DNA of 64,000 bases from Marsupella aquatica (lineage: Eukaryota > Plantae > Marchantiophyta): assembly GCA_973895155.1 (NCBI GenBank), contig OZ316894.1, positions 25,604,709 to 25,668,708 on the forward strand, read 5' to 3'. A model generated the notes under the pieces. That model ran no database searches. It worked only from the letters and a program-made list of their open reading frames with translations, and was not told where the DNA came from. Positions 1 to 11,415 of this stretch are shown here, in pieces (position 1 is the stretch's first letter; each line of letters opens with the position of its first letter). The translations under genes were made by a program, and so were the position numbers.

Positions 1-8
1 CTCAGTGG

Positions 9-3000
9 ATGAGACTTCTAGTGCCAATAAAACTCTACTCGACTTTACTGAATGTTGAGTGGATGGCTCGATTGGAGATAAGCATAGCTGATATGGGATT
101 CTTCCCAGATGGAGTAACAATTGATCAGATGTTTGAGAAGACGCGTTCTCAAATAAGTGGAGTTGACCTAGTGTTTGGATTTCTCTACGTAAAGAAGCAC
201 ATGCATGATAATGCGGACAGTGTGGACCCTCCGTCTACTTGGATAGTTCAAAGGACGATTGATAAGGCACATTTTTCATACGAGCAAGCAATCGACAAGA
301 GTTTCATTTTTTGTCCAGAGTTTCAAGAGGCCGCGTGCCGGACGTGGATTTCAGAGATGAAGAAAAAAGAAGCAAAGCATAAGGCAAAGGAGAGAAAGAA
401 GACAGTGGAAAGAAGTGCGCAATGAAAGACAGAGAAGAAACGAAAGCTTCAAGAGCCGGTTGTTCAACAAGAGAAACAATCTGGGAGTTCACGCCGTAAG
501 AAGATGGCTAAAAAAAATGAAGATGATGAGGGCCCCCAAAAAAATAAGCAGACAAAGAAGGCAAAGGTTGCGAAATCAAAACCAATGTCAGGGTCAACTT
601 CAAACTTTGTCTTGCATCCAGAGGATGATATGTGTCCGACAAAAGGACCCAAAGAAGATGATGTGCTCAAAGGCCAAGAGGTTTTGCGTAATATTGAGCA
701 GTATTATACTTTTGGCATCCGCAAAGTTTTTGATATTCCTGTAAAAAGTATTAATCCGCCATCGGCCGTTTTTGTATATCGAATGTTCAATCTTTCGCAT
801 GCAATGGAGATATCAAAGTCTATGATGAAAAACCCTGGATAGGAACCACAAGTTGCTGATTTGATTCCGTATCACGAGAGCACTAAACAGTTGCTTCATT
901 ATGACAACACACCTCAGGATAGGAAAGAGTTTTTGATTGGTGTGAAGAAGCATGAGATCCAATTCCTTGCCATCAGTGGCCAGCATTCTGCAAGAGCTGC
1001 CCAATGGATCTAAGGGTGGGCCGAGACTGACGCCAAGCTGACAGATCTTGCCAACAAACTAAAGTATAGGAAAGCAAGGATCCTATCTGACCTCACTCCG
1101 AAGACAATTTTGGTTGAGCATTCAAGTTTATCGAATGCTGTCAATGATACTATGCAATTTAAGTCTTGTTTTTTAGAGACTATTGTTCATGCACGAAGGC
1201 AGTTTGAGGAGTGCGGGAAACCGCTGCGTCCAGGGATTGGGACCAATCAAAATACAGACAGGAAAAACTATCAGGTACATGTTGGAGCAACGCAAACTAT
1301 TCTTGATCCGCTTTGTTTAAAGATTGTCAATGGTAGAGGTTTGCCTCGCCCCAAGGGCGAGGTTGCCTTTTCTTGTTTTCCTTGGTTAGAAGATTAAAGC
1401 AAATGTTTGCCTCGCCCTGAGGGCGAGGCAACCTAGACTAGTCTCTCTAAGAAAAATTCCCTAGTTCCATTTCAATCAATTGCGGTTAGATGTAGAGGTT
1501 CGCCATGCCCTTGGGGCGAGGCGGCTTAGCCTGTTTCAAACATAGGTATAAATTTTCTAACATATGCATTGTACCCTGAAACTAATGTCAAGTCCATTGG
1601 ATATGCAGGATTGGTTTGCCCTGGCAAAGGTTACAATGGGGAAGTCAAGCCTAAAGAGCATTTATTGGTTACTTTTTGCCGAAGATGAGCTCTTTGAATT
1701 ATGGCTGAACGTGTGTGCAAAATGGTTGAGTGGGAAGCTCCAAGACGGGGCTGGTGGGTATGGAGGGCCAAGACCCCCAAAATTGATCACTCCCGGTACC
1801 TTTCGATGCTTTGAAGGAGAGATTAGTAGCAAACAGATAATTGAGATCTTGAAGGACGTTGAAGAGGAGCGTGTCTTGCTGAAGAAGGATATCACCAACA
1901 AATCAGAGCTTGTCGCAATGGGAGACTTGGCCCTTACAATCAAGATAATGTCCAAATTGAGAACAGTCATTATTGGCTATTTCGTGGAAAAGTATCGTGA
2001 GAAGTTTCCTGTTGGCACATCTTGGGAGTCTCTGGTGATATTGTTGCCTTCCTTGAAATCTGAGTTTGAGATGACAAAATTGAGGAGAGCAGCGGGTGAG
2101 GTTTACCTCAACAATTCATTGAAGAAGAATGTGGTCAAGGAGAGTTTCCCACAAAGTCTGATGGTCAGACTAGATGGGTTGTATTGTAAAGAATTTGGTG
2201 GGATTGGTCGTTCTCGCACGGAGCCTTTCTTGACATTTTTTAGTGAGAATTTGATGAAGATGACCGTGCCGGAAATGCTACAAGAGCCTTCGCCTTTGTG
2301 TCCTCTTGCCATTGTTGACTTCAGTAGGCTCCGACAACATGTTTGGACCGATGCTGAAATTATTGCATTACTGCAATACATTGTGGATCTTCCAAGAAAT
2401 CCAACAATTGTTGTTGTCATGACTGTGCATCCGGGGCCACTTGCTGCAAACATTTTGAGTGCCCTTAGGAAATTGCAACATGAAAAGGGAATGGACATCC
2501 ACGTCGACTACGGGAGCTATCGACGGAGTGATACACCAGTTCCAAAGGGCTTACTTTTCAGTTGTGGTATGGAGGAGATAATCTTTGCAGGAATCACCAC
2601 TGAGGAGAAATTTGATTGGAAGCAAGTGTTCAGGCCTGGATTTAATTGCCAATTTTCTTACAATTCGGCGATCGACCCTGATTTCCAAGTGGAAGACAAG
2701 ACGGAGAAGCGAGATAAGAATAAGAGTAAGACAAGTAAGAAGACAGAGACTGAGTCAACTTCGGCATTTCACATTGGAGATTTCTTACGAAAGGCTCCCA
2801 TGTTTGAGATGGTGGGAAGTAGAGGTGGCTTTGTGAATATTCACGCTAAGCCAAAATGTATGCTGCAGAGTATTATTGAATTTTTTTCGGCTGAAGGGGA
2901 GACTATACTTGACTTTTTCTCGGGAGGACAGGTTATGAAGTGTCATTGTTGTGTTTCAGAGAATGCTTTGCATATTCAGACACTGAGGATGAATATGATT

Positions 3001-3827
3001 TCACTCAGGCATATGGAAGGGTTCTCTGCGAGAAAGTTCCTTCCATAATGAGTGACCGGATGGGCGGTTCCAAATTTGGTAGAGCCCGTGATGGGGTTTC
3101 CGAGCATGTTGGTGCCAAAGAAGGCGTAGACCAGGGCGAAGATGATATTGAGGAAGGAGAATTGGGTCACGACACAGACGACAGGGTCACCCAAAATTTG
3201 GATGAACGTGGAACACAAGTGGTAGGTATTCCCTACTTTGGTGTGGGGTTGGCTGATGTTGTGGGTCGACCTGAGGGCGACCCACCAAGAAATCCCTTTG
3301 CCGGTGTAGAGAATTGGATGCACCAATCGGACCCAGATCTTACATCGTCCACATCGGACGCACATTGGAAGGCAACCGCAGATGGTCTAGGCAATATTGA
3401 CGCAGTAGAATTGGGAGAAATGTCAGACATTGCGCTTGCAAAGGAGGATGATCGTCAAGTACCTGAGACCGCTGCAAATGAAGAAGAGAAGGCAGGTGCT
3501 TCAAATCCTCCCCTGTCTCCTCTATATTGCTCATCAGAGACTAAATTGGTTTTTACAAGTGCTTCTACAGGAAGCCCCGTAGTATTATCATTTTCACAAA
3601 ATTCTGGATCCGAGATCGGCAGGACTGGATATATGAAAACAATCCGTCCTGCAACTCATTTTATATGGAGAAATGGACCAAAGGTTGGAATGATAGAATC
3701 ACTAGACGATGCTCCAAAGATAATGGCAAAATCAGATTACAAAAAACTGAACTTGAGACTGAGTCCAGTTTTTGCACCCCCATCCTTTGAAGAGCAACTT
3801 CCCAGTGGTATCAATTCCGAGATATAG
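9..3827 (+). pseudogene. Decayed spliced gene: ParB/Srx-like domain fused to a beta-class N6A/N4C DNA methyltransferase-like domain (may begin left of the window)
   Basis: ORFs 9-425, 504-842 and 1110-1397 share one frame, broken by single stops (TGA 423, TAG 840, TAA 1011). Read-through gives FDIPVKSINPP...FLAISGQHSARAA, a ParB/Srx-like GxH motif (963-999). A phase-0 intron 1275-1608 (CAG|GTACAT..ATGCAG|GAT) joins in frame to ORF 1564-3048, whose end HAKPKCMLQSIIEFFSAEGETILDFFSGG continues, via a 1-nt frameshift near 2940, into VSLLCFRECFAYSDTEDEY. This matches the N6_N4_Mtase C-terminal pattern KP..L...I...s..Gd.VLDpF.GsG....a....R..ig.E....y. Confidence 0.75.
1344..1523. repeat. Three palindromic GCCTCGCCC-NNN-GGGCGAGGC motifs inside the intron
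   Basis: CCTCGCCC-caa-GGGCGAGG (1344-1362), TTGCCTCGCCC-tga-GGGCGAGGCAA (1407-1431, perfect 11-bp stem), CGCCatGCCC-ttg-GGGCGAGGCG (1501-1523). Confidence 0.85.
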
Positions 3828-4225
3828 AGTGTTCTAGGTGATCAAACAATAGATGAATTTGGGCATTTTAGCATTGGAAATTATTAGCCCTTTCTTTGGT
3901 TCTTGGTATTTTAATGACAATCTAAGCTTTATCTTTGTAATAATATACTTTTTTACAGACCAAAGTTCCGTCGTAGAATCTCCTTCCTCAAAGGATTTTG
4001 TTGGCATTCCCTCGGAAAGCGTTGTTGTGGAGGAAGGGTTTGACCCAGGTATACTTTGGATCTAAAAAATGGCAATTGAATGTAATTAATGTTTTTCTAG
4101 GAGGGTCGCCCTAGGGTTGTTCCTCTCTACTTCAAATGCTATAACAAAGTTTGTTTGATTTCAAATTTTGAGAGTTTTCCTCCGTAGTAATTGTTTAAAC
4201 TTTGAGTCGCATTGACTAAGGGCTT

Positions 4226-5281
4226 ATGTTAATGTTTCCAAAATTCACTCCAATACTACACTCTCCGATCCGGCGAAAGCTCTTGGTTCTTGACCTTAAC
4301 AAGATTTGTTGGCATTGCATTAAGACCAGAAGCTCAGGACCATGGCGAAATCAGACAAGTATACGTGGTGTGCATTGGGGGAGACGTGGAGGGTTTAATT
4401 TCATGTATGTGGAGCGCCCATACCTCCACAAATTTCTATATGCAGCTTTCGTGGTTTTTGACGTTGCAATTTGGACCTGTGCAAGGAGGCCAAAAACAAT
4501 GGACTTAATGGAGTTGATTTTCACTGAGGAGGAGCGACAGAAGTTCAAGTTTGTCTTTACTCAAGAAGATACCTTTGATAGTTGCATCCAAAGGCCAGAT
4601 ATAACAGATGGGAAGGCCAATTTACTTCTGAAGAATTTGCAAACCATTTGGGACCGTTTTCCAGAAAAATATGATGCTTCTAATACAGTTCTTATTGATG
4701 ATTCTCCATTGAAGGCATTTTTGAATTATGACGTGAATGGATTGTTTCCAAATCCATTTACTCACACAGCTTCAAATGACACTTTTTTGCCCGAGATATT
4801 ATGGCCGTATCTTTGCAAATTGAGAAAGGCTTACTGCGTTCAACATTATATCACTGTCAACAATCCAAAGTGGTATGTTTTTAATTTATTAACAAGCAAG
4901 GAGGATCATGCTGCCATCTATGCTCTTTTGGAACAGAAGTGGGGAGATTGTCGTTGTATCCATAGGGAGTTTGGAACCATCTTGGATGTGACTCCTGAAG
5001 AGATTCCTTGGGACGAAAAGAACGAGGTGCAGCATTACCCACCACTGGAGATGTGGACCACGGATGAGATCGAAGAAACTGCAAACGTAATACTTGGAGA
5101 CAACTATTTTGGTCCTCATACACAAAATAGAAGGCATTTTATTTGGAAAGTTCTCAGAACTAGGGATCTCACCAATAAGTTTAAGAACCACCATGCGAGA
5201 GATACTTGCAACCGTGACATCCGCTATGATAAATCAGGAAGCAGACTTTCTTGTTCAAATGAGTTTTGTCTTGATCATTAG
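4226..5281 (+). CDS. FCP1/NIF-type HAD phosphatase-fold protein
   Basis: Uninterrupted 351-aa ORF with KLLVLDLN (DxN variant of HAD motif I), RPYLHKFL..FDVAIWT, LKNLQTIW and YDASNTVLIDDSPLKAFLN, typical of plant FCP1-homology proteins. The true start is uncertain; it could be a terminal exon of the upstream gene. Confidence 0.8.
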   Translation: MLMFPKFTPILHSPIRRKLLVLDLNKICWHCIKTRSSGPWRNQTSIRGVHWGRRGGFNFMYVERPYLHKFLYAAFVVFDVAIWTCARRPKTMDLMELIFTEEERQKFKFVFTQEDTFDSCIQRPDITDGKANLLLKNLQTIWDRFPEKYDASNTVLIDDSPLKAFLNYDVNGLFPNPFTHTASNDTFLPEILWPYLCKLRKAYCVQHYITVNNPKWYVFNLLTSKEDHAAIYALLEQKWGDCRCIHREFGTILDVTPEEIPWDEKNEVQHYPPLEMWTTDEIEETANVILGDNYFGPHTQNRRHFIWKVLRTRDLTNKFKNHHARDTCNRDIRYDKSGSRLSCSNEFCLDH

Positions 5282-5435
5282 GAGATAGGGTTGCTCTAGT
5301 GCCTACCCTGAATTGTACATGCATATTATGTCTTGAAAGGATATGTTTTGAACATGTAGGATAAAGTAAATAATTAGGATATATGCGTAGTGTGAGGCTC
5401 TCTCACTGGACTGGACAATTTAATAATTATATAGT

Positions 5436-5708
5436 GGGTCAATCTCATTTTGACCCTTGATTTATGACCATCTATATTTTTTAATTTATAGATGGTCTGA
5501 GTGGTATTGGCCTCTAATTTTTGGACTAAATTAAATTTACTCTAATTTTTAAATTAATTAGAATATATGATTTAAGTTATTATTAAACATTTGGGTGAAA
5601 AAAAACAAAACTTTGGGCGTTCAAAAGTGTATATTTGGGCTGAAAAAAATTAGCTTTTGGGAATGCTTTAATAGAAATTTGGCCTGAAAAAAAATAACTT
5701 TAGGGTTC
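5436..5708. repeat. Two hairpins plus three TTTGG..TGAAAAAAA..CTTT.GGG direct repeats (possible subterminal region of a DNA element)
   Basis: GGGTCAA/TTGACCC (5436-5456); GACCATCTATA/TATAGATGGTC perfect 11-bp stem (5466-5497); repeat copies near 5590-5618, 5634-5661 and 5678-5705 in AT-rich sequence. Confidence 0.6.
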
Positions 5709-5752
5709 ATCTTATGGACTTTTAAAATTACAGTTTTAATGAATATATTGAT

Positions 5753-5854
5753 ATGGAATGAAATCATGTATAGTCTGTGGCGGTTGGTACATATAGTGGT
5801 GCCGGTCCGGTGATTGGCTGATCCGGTCGTCCGGTCACCAGGTAGAGTCTAACA
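5753..5854 (-). repeat. 3' LTR (outer end does not match the 5' LTR)
   Basis: 102 bp matching 11427-11528 with one mismatch (gtgCcggt vs gtgcAggt). Begins TGTTAGAC on the minus strand, directly after the polypurine tract AAAGGGGAG (plus-strand ctccccttt, 5855-5863). Confidence 0.93.
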
Positions 5855-6199
5855 CTCCCCTTTGGATATATAGTGACAACTATGTAGACAACATAGACTA
5901 TACCTATTATATTATGTTCATAGAAAATACATGATATAAGTACAAGCGAGGTAGACTGCCTCGTTAAAAAACCTTTATCAACTCTAGGTTAGTAAAAAAC
6001 TCTACCAGTGTAGCAGAGAAAAATATGAGTGCTAAAGGAAAAAGAGTGCAGCCTAACAGTCCTCGTCGTAATGAATGTCAATACTGTATAAAGTTAGATG
6101 CTATGGTAAATCTAGCTTTAACATCTGTTTCATCAATCGGTCCTCAGCAGCATATCATAAGCATCATGTCGTCGGCATCATCAGGTATCATGTGGAGCA

Positions 6200-9100
6200 G
6201 TAGCCTCCATGGTCATCATGCGTCGCACGCTCCGTAGTCCAATCGCCTAGCAGTGTCGGTGATGAACTGATGGCGATAGTGATTTGGTGAAGAGATCCGC
6301 ACAGTTGTCTGCACTTGAAATCTGCAAAATGTTGATCTCTTTTCCATGTAACTCGTGGGTGTAGAAAAACTTTGGAGCTATATGCTTCACGCGATTGCCT
6401 TTGATGAATCCTTTCGTGATCTACTGTATACATGCTGCGTTATCCTCAAAAATGTTAGTAGGCTTCGTTAGTGGTGGTAGGCCGCATTTGGTGTTGATGT
6501 GATTTATAAAGGATCATAACCAAACGGCTTCACGACTAGTCTCATGTAGAGCTAAGATTTCCGAGTGATTCGATGAGGTTGCTGTTAAAACATGTCCGGT
6601 TTGGGATTTTGCGGTGTCAGTGTCGGAAAGATATCCGACATCCGCGTATCCTATGAGTTCGTGGTTTGCACCGAATGGGTAAAATAACCCTGTATCGGTG
6701 GTGCCACGCAGATACCTAAATACGTGCTTAACTCCATTCCAGTGTCTGGCTGTGGGAGTTGCACTATGTTTGGCTAGTAAGTTAACTGCAAATGCAATGT
6801 CTGGTCTAGTCTGATTTGCTAGGTACATTAATGCTCCTATCGCAGAAAGATATGGAGTTTCTGGTCCTAATAGTGGTTCATGTTCTTCGTGTTTGCAAAA
6901 AACATCAGTATTGTTTTCTAATGAACGTACAACCATTGGTGACATCAATGGGTGTGCTAGGTTCATATTGAACTGTTTTAGGGTCTTTTCAGTTTGTGTG
7001 GTTTGATGGAGCATCATGCCAGTAGGTAAGATCTCCAGTTGTAATCCTAAGCAAAAGTTTGTATGTCCAAGGTCTTTCATCTCAAATGTTGATTTAAGAC
7101 AAGTAATAGTATCTTCGGTAATGTGGGGTGTCCCAAATATGTTTAAGTCATCAACATAGATAGAAACAATGACATATTCGTCATCCACATGTTTAATAAA
7201 TAAACATGGTGTAATGGCATCATGGGAAAAACCCATGGCAATCATTTCATCAGTAAATCTTTGGTACCATACTCTGCCACTTTGTTTCAGGCCATATAAT
7301 GCCTTCAACACGCGGATAGCTAGTCCACGGCGAGTATTTTGTACGGTTGACACAACGGTGTCGTTATTATGAGTTACATGTGTAGATGACACATGAGGTG
7401 TAACTTGGGATAATTGTTTTATAATCTTATGTAAATATGGGATATGCAATTTAGCGCCTTGAGCTAGGGCTCGGCGACGTTGCTCCAACTTGGGAGGTGA
7501 TCGAATGTATAGGCAAGTGTCTAAAGTTCCATATAGATATGCGGTTGCAACATCCAGTTGTCGCATTTGTAGTTTATGGAAAATGGCAAATCCGATAAGG
7601 TATCGGAATGTTGTGCTATCCATAACCGGTGAGTAAGTTTCATCGTAATGAATTCCCGGTTGTTGTGTAAATCCTTTCCCTACCAGACGTGCTTTATAGC
7701 GTACAATTTGGCCTTTATCATTTCTTTTGCGGACAAATGTCCACTTGTAGCCAATTAGGTGTACGTCTTGCGGTGTTGGCTCGACTGGGCCAAAAGTGTG
7801 TCTGCTGAGTAGGGAATCTAATTCTCTATTTATAGCTTTTTGCCATTCAGGCCAATCTGGTCTGTTTTGGCATTCTAAGATAGATATTGGTTCGGGTGTA
7901 TCGTCAGTGATATGTGTTGCCACCATTAATGCAAAAGCATCATCTATTGAAGTAGTATTTCTATCCCACATCGCACCTGTGTGTGCGTAGTGGATAGAGA
8001 TCTCTTCATGGGATGTAGATTTGGTATGATCGACATCAGATGAAGGTGGTATAGATGAACCACGCCTTCGTGGTTGTTTATCTTTTGATCCCAAAGGTCT
8101 ACCTTGTTTGGCACAAGGCTGGGATGTACTTGCTGGCTCACTTGATAATTCAATGCGAGTAGATGCTCTCGCAGCTGGAATATGTGAGTGGGTAAGTTGT
8201 GATGTGTCAACGAAAGCGTCAGGAAGTTCTTCCACAATCTTGTGGAGTTGTAGAATTCTTTGAACTTCTTTCTCCCCTTGATTCGTTCTAAGGTCTTGCC
8301 AAAATGGCGAGTGTCTTTCCCACTCCAAAGGTGGTTGTGGGTGTTCAGGGGTTATTAATGGTGGGTAAATGTGTTCATCAAAATGGCAATCTAGAAATTT
8401 GGCTTTAAAAACATCGCCAGTTGTAGGCTCCATATATCGGATTATGGACGGTGAGTCAAATCCGATGTATATCCCCAACTGTCGTTGGGGTCCCATCTTG
8501 GTTCGTTTAGGTGGAGTAATGGGGACCATTACTTGACATCCAAATGAACGAAGGTGGGATAAGTCAGGTTTTATACCATTAGCAATTTGGTATGGGCTAT
8601 AGGTATTAAAAGCCGATGGGCGGTATTGAATTAATGCATTAGCCTGTAGTATGGCATGTCCCCATGCTGAAATGAGGAGTTTTGACTGCATTAGTAATGG
8701 ACGTGCAATTAACTGAAGGCGTTTAATGACCACTTCAGCTAATCCGTTCTGAAAATGCACGTGAGGTACGGGATATTGTACGTCTATGCCAAGTGATGTG
8801 CAAAAGTTGTCAAATGTTTCGGATGTGAATTCCCCTGCATTGTCCACCCTGAGTGTCTTAATGGGGTGATCTAGGAATTGTGCTTTCATGCGCAAGATTT
8901 GCGCCAAAATCCGAGGCATAACCATGTTCCTCGTTGAAAGCAGTGTCACGTTTGACCATTTAGTTGATGTGTCGATTAATACCATAAAGTAGCGGAAAGG
9001 TCCGCTTGGAGGGTTAATTGGCCCGCAAACATCTGCATGGATGATTTCCAAGAATTGGGGTATTTTGGTTGGCAATTTTGATGCCGTGGGCCTTGTTATT

Positions 9101-9683
9101 AATTTTCTGCGTGAGCATGTAGTGCATGGGGTGCTCGCTGGAATGTGGCGTGTATTGATTGGAATGCCTCTTGAATTCTTAATGATTTTGGTTAGCATTG
9201 ATTGGCCAGGGTGGCCGAGGCCTGCATGCCAAAGCGCATGCAATTCGCTTGTGCTGGCATTGTTATGCAGGCATTCAATATGAGTTACATAAAACCCGCA
9301 AGGGTACGAGAAAAGGGTTTCTTTAATGATTTTCCCCGTAGGGGTATTTTCAACCAGGTGTATCACTTCCTGGTCTCTTGTATCGCCCGTCTGGACATGT
9401 AGTCCGTTTGCTCGTATATCTCTAAAACTGAGGAGATTACGGGTTGCATTCGGGGCGAAAATGGCAAATTCTATGTGAATCATTGTACACTGCGGTAGTC
9501 TAATGGAAGTTGGGCCGAAGCCTTCTTCTATTTGGCTAGGGCCATTTATAGTGGTCAGGGATCTACGTGAGGGTGTAATCTTGTGGAAAAGGTGCCTATC
9601 CCTGAGGATAGTATGCGTGGTCGCACTGTCGATAATACATGTGCTTGGACTATTTAAATCTGGTGGTGGAGCTACTTGCCACT
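6200..9683 (-). pseudogene. pol: Copia pol (PR-INT-RT-RNase H) with nonsense codons and a deletion in RNase H
   Basis: The 989-aa ORF 6514-9483 stays open upstream through the protease. After EAVWL* the frame resumes with EDNAACIQ*ITKGFIKGNRVKHIAPKFF..NCADLFTKSL. The usual segment between SQTG and ATSSNHSE is missing. Confidence 0.9.
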
Positions 9684-10140
9684 AAGTGTGCCTCGGGTTG
9701 GACAAGTAGGTCTGAAAAGTCTTGGAATGGGTCACTAGACTCCATGAACGCCCCGTGGGTTTCACGGGGTGGTGGCCTAGAGGTTTGTCCATCCTGGATG
9801 GACCGTTGGTATAGATCTCTAAGGTGTTGCGGGATTCTACAATTTCTCGCTAGGTGGTTTGTCATGCCACATTCATGGCATTTCGGTCGTTCCCGTTGTT
9901 GTCGGGATTGTGACCAATCATTTCTACGGTTGTTGTTATATGTTCTACCACCGCTGCGTCCTCCACGTCCGCCACGTCCGCCACGTCCTCCTCGTCCTCC
10001 TCGTCCTCCTCGTCCTCCACATCCTTCTCGTCCACCACGTCCTCTAAAGGTTTGTTGGGAGTTATATTGTGGACATTGGTTATAGAAACTCCCCCTGTTG
10101 TGGGTGTTTCTCTGGTTGCTATTCTTAGTGCATTTAATGC
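9650..10140 (-). pseudogene. gag: Copia gag C-terminal region (RG-rich tract and CCHC zinc knuckle)
   Basis: RGRGGR repeats (9950-10045) followed by KCHECGMTNHLARNCR. No capsid domain is recognisable upstream. Confidence 0.75.
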
Positions 10141-11400
10141 CTTGCCTCGATGTGGAGGGTTCCTTTGTATATGCTCTTTCCTTTGTTGAGTTGTGCAGTA
10201 ATGAAATTTTGCAGTTTGTGCAGTTATGGGTGGTAATTTACTCGTGCCCTGGTTAAGTGCACATGTGGCTTTTTTAAGTTAAGTTGTATTTGTTGCCTTG
10301 TGCAGTTATAAAGGGTTTTACGGTTATAGGTGGTGCACTTAGCGGTTTGATGTTTTCTTCTGTGTTCTCTCGATGTTTTGGGCTGGCGCTTGATCGATGC
10401 TGCCCTTGCGCCCACTCGATGCTCCCCTTGCGCCTCAAGAATTTGAGGTGCTTGTTTTCTTTGTCTCTAAAGAATTTCTCTTTCCTATTGCTCTCACTTG
10501 TTCTGCCGCTGTTCTTAGTTGTTTTTTTTCTTCTTCGAGGCTGAGTCTACGCTAATCTTTCAGGGCTCACTTCTTCTTTCAATTCTTCGATGAGGGTATG
10601 GCGCTCCTGTGTCGGGCTGCCATTCGGTCTTTCACTCCATCGGGCTGACTTTCGGGTTAACGCTGCGCCTCGCTGTCCTTATCAATGCTTCACTTTCAAT
10701 GCTCCACTTTCATCGTCCACTGTCCTCTTCTGCATCGCGGGGATTGAATCTCACTTGGCCCGCCTTCGTCCCACGAATTTTACCCGGTTTTTTGGTCTAC
10801 CCTACTCAAGTCACATTCGTTCAACATCGGGCTACTATCGACCCTTCTCTCGAGTGCCTCTTTCGTTTCATTCAATCATTGTGGTTATCTCACTTGCGCC
10901 TCTGTCTTTCATTTCACTTCATTCTCGGATTCAGAATTTACTCTGCTCGCGAGTCTGATCTGTGCGCGACCTTCCTCTCAAAATTTGTTTGTTCAGTAAA
11001 CGCCCCTTATCCTTTGTTTTCAATGCTCTCCTTATCGGCTTTCTCTCCTTATCATTTTATTTCCCAGCATGCGGCTCATCATTGTGTTCTCGATCCGTCA
11101 TTCATCATTCGAGTTCCAATAAACATAAGGAAGTACGAGGGGGTAATCTGCTTGTGAGCCTCTCAAAATTTTTCTTTCTTCACGTCTGATCGTTGTGTGG
11201 CCAGATCGAAGTTTTCCCGTCTCCTTTCGAAAAGTTCTTCTTCGCTCTTTGAATTCTGGGCCTGATTTGGTCAATTGATTTGATCCACACATCACCCACT
11301 CCATTTCCTCACTTTAGTGTTTCTGGAAAGCTTACATTACTTCTTTCAACGTGCACTCTCAATTCGCCATAGCCTTGCTCAGATCCTTGGAGAGACAATT

Positions 11401-11414
11401 CGTGCTGATAACGT
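11401..11414 (-). promoter_or_regulatory. Primer-binding site (ACGTTATCAGCACG)
   Basis: Lies immediately internal to the 5' LTR; resembles the PBS I recall for Bianca-lineage Copia rather than TGGTATCAGAGC. Confidence 0.75.
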
Positions 11415-11415
11415 A

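Noticed and set aside
9-5281. Bacterial or phage contamination as the source of the ParB-MTase region
   Set aside because: It has an in-frame spliceosomal intron, a eukaryotic FCP1-type neighbour and contiguity with a plant Copia element.
5711-5715. CTTAT as the left TSD of the Copia element
   Set aside because: It is 37 bp from the LTR homology and a 5-mer match in AT-rich DNA is likely by chance.
9639-10085. 148-aa plus-strand ORF with PPR repeats
   Set aside because: Antisense shadow of the RGG-rich gag tract.
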